Source of the DNA: a virus
Taxonomy: Duplodnaviria; Caudoviricetes
IMG/VR virus record: IMGVR_UViG_3300045107_000151
Span: 1-30,692 of that record
Direction: 5' to 3' (one strand)
Length of the DNA stretch: 30,692 nucleotides
Shown here: positions 25,434-30,692 of the stretch, piece after piece
How the letters are laid out: each line of letters begins with the position of its first letter
Position numbering within the stretch: position 1 is the stretch's first letter
Position numbers and translations under genes: made by a program
The notes under the pieces: generated by a model
What the model saw: the letters and a program-made list of their open reading frames with translations, nothing else
What the model was told of the DNA's origin: nothing
Database searches by the model: none

Positions 25434-25715
25434 TTACTTGGCGCCGATGATCTCATCCGCCAGCTGGCGGAACGTCGCGAGCGCCTTCTTGTCGGCGTCG
25501 GTCACGGCGAACTGGCCGGAGCGCGCCCGCAGCACCCACTCGACGGCGTCGGTCAGGGCGGAGGCGACCGCCGGCACGTCCACGGCGGGCTTGGCCCCCG
25601 GCGCGACGCTCGTGTCCGGCACAATCACCGGCACCTTGACGCCGAAGCGGTGCAGGAGGGCCGGCACCACGACGCCGAGCACGAAGCTGATGATTTGCGG
25701 CAGGTACGCTTCCAC
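25434..25715 (-). CDS. Small protein with N-terminal TM helix (~93 aa)
   Basis: GTG at 25715 (or 25721) after AGAGGAG; YLPQIISFVLGVVVPALL hydrophobic segment. Confidence 0.65.
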   Translation of the reverse strand: MEAYLPQIISFVLGVVVPALLHRFGVKVPVIVPDTSVAPGAKPAVDVPAVASALTDAVEWVLRARSGQFAVTDADKKALATFRQLADEIIGAK

Positions 25716-25717
25716 GT

Positions 25718-26509
25718 TCACTTCTCCTCTTTCTTGAGCGCCATGAAGAGCCCGAAGGCGCCGATCGCCCAGGCGACCGTGGGCACCTTGGACAGGTCGA
25801 TGGGCGACGCGCCGCCGTCGGGCCTCACGTCGGGACGCCGCATGTCCGGGTCGCGGTACGGGTCGTAGTATGGGTCCGCCTTCCGCAGCGCCGCCGCGAG
25901 CCCCTCGGCCCCGTCCTGGTAGTCGCCCTGCCGGTGGAGCACGGTGCCGTCCGGCAGCTGAAGGTAGACCGTCGTGCCGGGGCCGGCGCTGAAGCCGGAG
26001 ACGGCCCAGTGCGAAGGCTCGTAGGACTGCACCGTCAGCTTGTCCGCCCACCCTGTCAGCGCCGGGTGGGTGGCCAGGTCCATAATCACCTCGCGCCGGG
26101 CCGCCTCGTCGCCGATCACCGTCAGGCGCAGCCTGTTGGCGTCGTCCGGGATATCCTTACCGGTCACCAGGCTGAGCGCCTGGTCGCGCGAAATCTCGCG
26201 GCCACGGCGGTAGAACCTCTGCTTGGAGGCGTCCAGCTTCGCGCGGTCCACGCCGTAATTCTGCTCGGCGGGCGGCGCGGTCCGGCGAGCCTCCAGCGGC
26301 TTTCCGGTGGCCTTGTCTACCCAGCGCCAGCGGTAAGCGCCCTCGACGTTCCAGTACCAGCCGTCGTCGTCCGGACCCTTGTTGGTGCCGGGCGGCGCGG
26401 TAACCTCCGGCCCCGGCACGCGGCAGGAGTCGCCGCCGCACTGCGCGAGCGCGGCGGGACCGGCCCAAACCAACGCCGCCGTCACGGCGGCGAGAATCAG
26501 CGTTCGCAT
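25718..26509 (-). CDS. Exported protein with signal peptide and C-terminal TM anchor (263 aa); possible degenerate thioredoxin-like domain
   Basis: ATG 26509 after GAGGT; MRTLILAAVTAALVWAGPAALA|Q signal; C-terminal VAWAIGAFGLFMALKK anchor. Confidence 0.7.
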   Translation of the reverse strand: MRTLILAAVTAALVWAGPAALAQCGGDSCRVPGPEVTAPPGTNKGPDDDGWYWNVEGAYRWRWVDKATGKPLEARRTAPPAEQNYGVDRAKLDASKQRFYRRGREISRDQALSLVTGKDIPDDANRLRLTVIGDEAARREVIMDLATHPALTGWADKLTVQSYEPSHWAVSGFSAGPGTTVYLQLPDGTVLHRQGDYQDGAEGLAAALRKADPYYDPYRDPDMRRPDVRPDGGASPIDLSKVPTVAWAIGAFGLFMALKKEEK

Positions 26510-26519
26510 CGTCGTGACC

Positions 26520-27314
26520 TCACGTCCTGTTCCTGGGCATCGGGGGCGGGGGCGGCGCGAGCAGGATGACGGCCCACTCAAGGATGCCGGCGCGCCGGGC
26601 CTCCTCGGGGGTCATCCACTCGTACTTGTCCTCGCCGGGGTAGTTGTTATCCAGCACGCAGAACCACCTGTCGTCCGCGTGCGGCAGCGAAACCATGTGC
26701 GCGATCCGCCCGCCGCCGTACCGCCCGGTCGGGCTGCGGGAGTACGTCACCCCGGGCATGCGGCCGGACGCGCAGGCGCGCTTGAGCAGCTCCGGGTCCA
26801 CGCGCTCCGCCTGGATGTAGTCCGGCACCGGCATGCCGCGCTCCTCGCAGATCATCTTGATCATCTGGTCAACCTTCTGCGGGTAGCCGCCGCCCGGGTG
26901 CCTGGTCATCCAGTCGCGGAAGCCGACCAGCTGCGGCACGTTCTGCCACCTGGCCGCGTGGTCGATGCTCGTGAAGACGCAGAGCCCGGCGCCGTCTCTG
27001 CCGCCCTTGTTCTTCAGGTGCTCCGACCCGGGCAGGTCGCAGTCGATCTCCGTGCCGTCCGGGCTGACGTTGCCGCCCACCTGCGCGCCGACCGGCGCGG
27101 CCCTGTTCTCCCCCCACGGGCGGCGCGGCGGCTTAGGCTCCGGTTCCGGCGGCTTAGGCGCTGGCTTCGGCGCGGGCCTTGGCGCCGGCTTCGGCCTTGG
27201 CGCTGGGCAGTTCGGCCCGGGGCAGACCGGCTCCTTCGGCGCCTGCCGCGCGGAGTCGTAGACCATGAACCCGGCGAGGGCGAGGGCCAGCAGGCCGACG
27301 TTCTGGGACTTCAT
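26520..27314 (-). CDS. Membrane-anchored papain-like (C39-like) cysteine peptidase with Pro-rich linker (264 aa)
   Basis: ATG 27314 overlaps the upstream TGA; N-terminal hydrophobic GLLALALAGFMVY; PKPAP linker; GLCVFTS / IAHMVSL / VLDNN give the Cys-His-Asp/Asn order. Confidence 0.7.
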   Translation of the reverse strand: MKSQNVGLLALALAGFMVYDSARQAPKEPVCPGPNCPAPRPKPAPRPAPKPAPKPPEPEPKPPRRPWGENRAAPVGAQVGGNVSPDGTEIDCDLPGSEHLKNKGGRDGAGLCVFTSIDHAARWQNVPQLVGFRDWMTRHPGGGYPQKVDQMIKMICEERGMPVPDYIQAERVDPELLKRACASGRMPGVTYSRSPTGRYGGGRIAHMVSLPHADDRWFCVLDNNYPGEDKYEWMTPEEARRAGILEWAVILLAPPPPPMPRNRT

Positions 27315-27568
27315 CAGTTGACCCTCCGCACGACGGAAAAGAGGACGGCGATCAGCAGGCCGACCAGGAGGCCGGAGACGAAGGTTTCGGCGATCGTCTT
27401 CTCGTTGACGCGCTCCAGCCCGCCGTCGATGCGCACCAGCATCTTGCCGACGGTCTGATCGACGCGGTCCATCGCCTTGTCGAAGCGGTCCATCGCCTTC
27501 TCGTGCGGCTCGACCAGGACGTGCGATTTCACGTTGAAGCCTCGCGGCTCGGCCTTCAGCGACTCCAC
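27314..27568 (-). CDS. Small coiled-coil protein with C-terminal TM helix (84 aa); holin-like candidate
   Basis: SD GGGAGGTGA; KAMDRFDKAMDRVD repeats; FVSGLLVGLLIAVLFSVV-RR. Confidence 0.65.
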   Translation of the reverse strand: MESLKAEPRGFNVKSHVLVEPHEKAMDRFDKAMDRVDQTVGKMLVRIDGGLERVNEKTIAETFVSGLLVGLLIAVLFSVVRRVN

Positions 27569-27571
27569 AGG

Positions 27572-28354
27572 TCACCTCCCCGGGCGGACATCGATCAGTT
27601 TCTCGTCGGACCGGACCGCGCGGCCCTTCGCCTTCTTCGCCCGCAGCTGAAGCGCGTCGGCCGTGAGGATCTCCGGCTTGCCGACGACCTTCCATTTGCG
27701 GTGCCCGGCCCAGGAGTCCCAGTTGCAGTAGACCGGGACGCCCTCCAGGCTGGCGTTGCGGGTGAAGTACACGTCTTCCGTGGTGTCCTTTTTGGTGCAG
27801 TATTCGTCCGAATACTCATAATCGAACCACGGGATCGGGACCTTCGCCAGCGCCTCCGTGTGGAACAGCATGAGCCCCGTTGGCAGCGCCGCCACCTCCT
27901 CCATCCCGGCCCGCTCGAACGCCTCCTCGCGCGTGTACTGGTCCAGCCGGAAGTCCGTCTCCCCGGGGTGGTCCGACTGGCGGTTCCGCCAGCGGAAGAC
28001 GTAGACGTTCTCGTTGGGCGGCGGCCCGCAGTAGGGGGCGGCGACGATCGCCGGCCCCCCGTGCCCCAGGAGGAACTCGAAGCTGGAATCCCAGAACGGC
28101 TTCGTCGCCTGGTAGTCCCCGATCGTGTCCGAGTCCATCATGAGGACGAAGTCCGCCCCGAGCAGCTGGGCCTGGCGGCACGCCTTGTTCCGCGTCATCG
28201 AAATGGGCGTGTCGTCCTCGTCCGCGCAGTGGACTTCGCCGATCCGCCTGTCCGCCTTCAGCTTCAGGATCAGCCTCGTGTACCACCGCGAAGCCTTGGT
28301 GTGCTCCAGCCCGCCGTAGGGGAACGTGGCCACGAGGATCGAATACTTCGGCAT
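27572..28354 (-). CDS. GT-A fold glycosyltransferase (GT2-like), 260 aa
   Basis: ATG 28354 with SD GGGAGG; ISMTRN, FVLMMDSD (DxD), TGLMLF, TEDVYF..N...G.PVYC......GH motifs of phage GT2-like enzymes. Confidence 0.88.
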   Translation of the reverse strand: MPKYSILVATFPYGGLEHTKASRWYTRLILKLKADRRIGEVHCADEDDTPISMTRNKACRQAQLLGADFVLMMDSDTIGDYQATKPFWDSSFEFLLGHGGPAIVAAPYCGPPPNENVYVFRWRNRQSDHPGETDFRLDQYTREEAFERAGMEEVAALPTGLMLFHTEALAKVPIPWFDYEYSDEYCTKKDTTEDVYFTRNASLEGVPVYCNWDSWAGHRKWKVVGKPEILTADALQLRAKKAKGRAVRSDEKLIDVRPGR

Positions 28355-28368
28355 GAGCCCTCCCAAGC

Positions 28369-28707
28369 TCACGAGTCCAGGATGTAGGTGATAGTCCCCG
28401 ACAGGTTGGTGACCGTGGCGAGCGTCACGTTGAACGCCTCGCCGGCGTTCGTCTCGAACCATACGGCCGGGTTGTACGGCATGACCAGCGGCGTGCCGCC
28501 GAGGATATTCATGTCGCCGGTGAGGTCGTTGGAGGCCGACTGGAACTTGACCGTGCCGGACGTGGTCGCCGCGAGCGACAGGGCCAGCACGCGGATCTTC
28601 TTGCCGGCGGCGGCGGCGATCAGCGCGCCGCTGGCCGACACGTCCACCTTCTGGCGGAGGAGCGTCAGCGGCGTTTTCGGGTCCGTGCCCAGCAGGTACT
28701 CGGCCAT
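28369..28707 (-). CDS. Small beta-rich putative capsid-associated protein (112 aa, MAEYLLGTDPK...)
   Basis: ATG 28707 with SD GGAGG; LIAAAAGKKIRVLALSL pattern; the ORF-track extension to 28980 is low-complexity and unlikely to be translated. Confidence 0.7.
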   Translation of the reverse strand: MAEYLLGTDPKTPLTLLRQKVDVSASGALIAAAAGKKIRVLALSLAATTSGTVKFQSASNDLTGDMNILGGTPLVMPYNPAVWFETNAGEAFNVTLATVTNLSGTITYILDS

Positions 28708-28973
28708 CGCCGCCTCCGCCTGTGTTCGGGCTCTGTTCCGGGACGCCGCCCTCGGCGTCCCGGCGTGGGGCCGAACGGCCGACCTCCCCACCCCGCACGC
28801 CCTTCCGGCGCTCAGAGCCCAACTCCGGGTTGGGTATTTCCGTCGGGTCGCAGGCCGACGGGCCGAACGTCGCTCGCGGTGGTTATGAGCCGCCGCCGGG
28901 CGCCGGCCCGCCTGTGCTTGGCGCCGGGTGGCGTCCGCTTTCGCGGCCGCACCCGGCGCGCGGGAGGTAGATC
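28708..28973 (-). ncRNA. Highly structured intergenic RNA candidate (GAAA hairpin, tRNA-like cloverleaf, multibranch domain)
   Basis: 10-bp stem GCGCCGGGTG/CACCCGGCGC with GAAA tetraloop (28921-28959); GGGCTCTG/CAGAGCCC stem (28813-28820 with 28728-28735); 11-bp hairpin 28738-28763. Confidence 0.6.
28848..28916 (-). pseudogene. Degenerate tRNA-like element with CAU anticodon (pseudo-tRNA-Met/Ile2 or tRNA mimic)
   Basis: CACAGGC gg GCCG-gcgcc-CGGC GGCGG-CTCATAA-CCACC gcgag CGACG-TTCGGCC-CGTCG GCCTGCG A. Lacks U8, A58, a normal D loop and CCA; one mismatch each in the acceptor and anticodon stems. Confidence 0.65.
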
Positions 28974-29618
28974 TCACCACATGCCGACGTCCACCAGGAT
29001 GTCGGTGTTGGTGTTGCCCGTGGTCGCGGCGCTGAGCGCGCGCCCGAGCTGGTTCGCGGCGTTGTTGACGACGGACGTGTAGTCACCCGTCTGCGTGGAC
29101 GCAGTGATGTTGCGGTTCTGCGGGCGGCCGGCCGTGGTGCCGGTGGACGCGGCCGCCGTCGCGGCGACCAGCGGGTTGCCCACCGCGATGTCGCCGTTGA
29201 AGTCCGCCCCCGCCACGGGGGTCGTCATCATCGACGGGCCTTCCGTGACGATGTAGAAGTACCCGTTGGCCGGCACGCCGGTGGACGGCAGGAACTCGTC
29301 GGCGACGCCCGCCCAGTCCTCCGCCGTCACGTTGGTGTGGGCGATGACGCAGGAGCCGAAGTTGCCGGCCGTCAGGTCGTACTTCGTCAGCCGCTTGGGC
29401 AGGATCGCCGCCGTGCCGGTGTTCTTCACCAGGCGGAGCTTGATAATCTTGCCGGAGCGCTGCGGCTTCGCGCCGCCGACCGCGTTCCAGTCCACGTCCT
29501 CGATCTCGTAGGTGCGGCCCACCTGAGCCCCGAGGCTGAGCGAGGGGTTTACCAGGTTGGCCGAGTCGTCCGTCTGGTACTCGCCCCGCGCGAACGGGAG
29601 GCTTTCGTACTTAGGCAT
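28974..29618 (-). CDS. Capsid decoration / minor capsid-type protein (214 aa)
   Basis: Immediately downstream of the capsid gene; SD AAGGAGGG; Thr/Ala/Gly-rich; GV.D......V.ANGYFYIV.EGP pattern. Confidence 0.65.
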   Translation of the reverse strand: MPKYESLPFARGEYQTDDSANLVNPSLSLGAQVGRTYEIEDVDWNAVGGAKPQRSGKIIKLRLVKNTGTAAILPKRLTKYDLTAGNFGSCVIAHTNVTAEDWAGVADEFLPSTGVPANGYFYIVTEGPSMMTTPVAGADFNGDIAVGNPLVAATAAASTGTTAGRPQNRNITASTQTGDYTSVVNNAANQLGRALSAATTGNTNTDILVDVGMW

Positions 29619-29631
29619 GGTCGAACCCTCC

Positions 29632-30692
29632 TTAGTTCTTCCACTTGGTGAAGTTGCGCGGGGACGAAGTCCGCAGGTTCCCGAAGAAGTCGATCGAGAA
29701 CCGCCAGGTCTGCGTGGCCGGGTCGAAGTCCGGGCCTTCGGGCACGAACAGTTGGCCCTGGAGCGAGCACAGCTCCATGCACTCCAGGCACAGGCCGTAG
29801 CCGAGGTTGGTCGGCACGCCGTACTCGTAGGTGACCTCGCAGCCCTCGAAGTTCACGAAGTCCTTGAAGCCGAGCGACCAGAGGCCGAGGTCCTCGCCGC
29901 GCGTGACGACGAGGCGCTCGTTCGTCTCCAGCTTCTCCTCGAACAGGCGGTACAGCTCGTTCTCCAGGAACACCGTGTCCATCATCCCCTTGCGGGACTT
30001 GTTCCGGCGGCCCTTGATGATCCCGAACCGCAGCGCCTCGCGGCACTGGTTGGCCCAGTTGTGCGTGGCCGCGCTGAAGCTCGTCGAGGTGTACTTGACG
30101 ATCAGCGGCGTCCAGAAGTCGTAGTGGGCGTCCCCCGTGCCGCTCGGCCAGTTGACGTTGGACGACACCGTGCTCCAGTTGCCGCCGTAGTTGCCCAGCG
30201 CGGTGCTCAGGCCGGCGTAGCTGTCCGACGGGACGTAGACGTAGCCGGCCGCCGCCTCGGAGCCGGTGTCGCCGAGGAACGACTCCAGGCCGTGGATGCG
30301 CTTGCTGTTGCCGGTCGCGTTCCCGTCAACGTACAGTTCGTCCCCGAACTGATCTTCCATGTCCTCCATGAGGTTGGTGGCGATCTCGGAGTACACCTTG
30401 ACGATCGCCTCGGTGTTCTTGTTGATCAGCCGCTCGCGCTTGGTCATCGCGTCGGTCGCGGCGTACCCGCGCCAGTCCAGCTGGGCCGTCTTCCAGCGGT
30501 CCCGCCTGGTGAACGTCAGGGTGTCCATGTCGGCGTAGCCGGTCATGGGAACCCGCTTGAACCGCACCTTCCAATCCAGCAGGTCGCCGCTGTGGTTGAA
30601 GGTGATGCGCCCCCGCTGCTTCAGCAGCGCGAGCATCTTCCGGTTGCGGAGGACGTTAACCTCCTGCTCCCGGATGAACTTGTGGATCGTAG
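29632..30692 (-). CDS. Major capsid protein, 5' end beyond the window
   Basis: Frame is open to the window edge (TIHKFIREQEVNVLRNRKMLALL...); ELYVDGN...IHGL, LGFKDFVNFEG.EV.YE and FFGNL...SPRN motifs typical of HK97-fold coat proteins of podovirus-like phages. Confidence 0.85.
   Translation of the reverse strand, partial: TIHKFIREQEVNVLRNRKMLALLKQRGRITFNHSGDLLDWKVRFKRVPMTGYADMDTLTFTRRDRWKTAQLDWRGYAATDAMTKRERLINKNTEAIVKVYSEIATNLMEDMEDQFGDELYVDGNATGNSKRIHGLESFLGDTGSEAAAGYVYVPSDSYAGLSTALGNYGGNWSTVSSNVNWPSGTGDAHYDFWTPLIVKYTSTSFSAATHNWANQCREALRFGIIKGRRNKSRKGMMDTVFLENELYRLFEEKLETNERLVVTRGEDLGLWSLGFKDFVNFEGCEVTYEYGVPTNLGYGLCLECMELCSLQGQLFVPEGPDFDPATQTWRFSIDFFGNLRTSSPRNFTKWKN

Larger units (their letters stand above)
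1..30692 (-). mobile_element. Phage/prophage virion morphogenesis region (podovirus-like)
   Basis: Co-oriented capsid, terminase, portal, adaptor, nozzle and ejection-type genes; no host housekeeping genes; boundaries not in the window. Confidence 0.92.

Noticed and set aside
25718-26509. Unimolecular spanin (lipoprotein with C-terminal TM)
   Set aside because: ALAQC does not fit the lipobox (Gln at -1); an SPase I site ALA|Q fits better.
28848-28916. Functional canonical tRNA-Met
   Set aside because: Missing U8, A58, a normal D loop and CCA, with stem mismatches; reported as a tRNA-like element instead.
28921-28959. Rho-independent terminator after the capsid-associated gene
   Set aside because: Strong hairpin but no U-tract follows it on the minus strand.
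27572-28980. Extended N-termini in the ORF track (27572..28822, 28369..28980; likewise 26520..27695 and 25434..26051)
   Set aside because: The extensions overlap other genes or the structured RNA; downstream starts have clear SD sequences or stop-start coupling.
1-30692. CRISPR array, integrase/att site or stop-codon reassignment
   Set aside because: No regularly spaced repeats; no recombinase motifs; TGA, TAG and TAA all end genes at sensible boundaries and core genes are uninterrupted.

Overview
GC-rich window carrying the virion-morphogenesis region of a tailed phage or prophage. Nearly all genes are on the minus strand and tightly packed. Reading from 30692 down to 1: major capsid protein (5' truncated), capsid-associated protein, a ~265-nt structured intergenic region containing a degenerate tRNA(CAU)-like cloverleaf, and an accessory block (two GT-A glycosyltransferases bracketing membrane/secreted proteins, a papain-like Cys peptidase and a DnaQ/RNase_H_2 exonuclease). 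Then come terminase subunits, a degenerate Acb2/Tad1-like gene, portal, a HExxH peptidase-like protein, adaptor/nozzle/appendage genes, and several Gln/Gly/Ala-rich internal virion (ejection-type) proteins. No tail tube, sheath or tape measure is recognisable, which suggests a short-tailed virion. A Planctomycetota host is inferred only weakly from one secreted-protein signature, and no integrase is visible. The top leads are: (1) an ~85-aa N-terminal module shared by the 1103-aa internal virion protein and the portal-adjacent HExxH protein, a candidate cargo-loading tag; (2) the switch-like tRNA-mimic RNA; (3) an apparently split nozzle gene. All family calls come from motif recognition by eye, not database searches.
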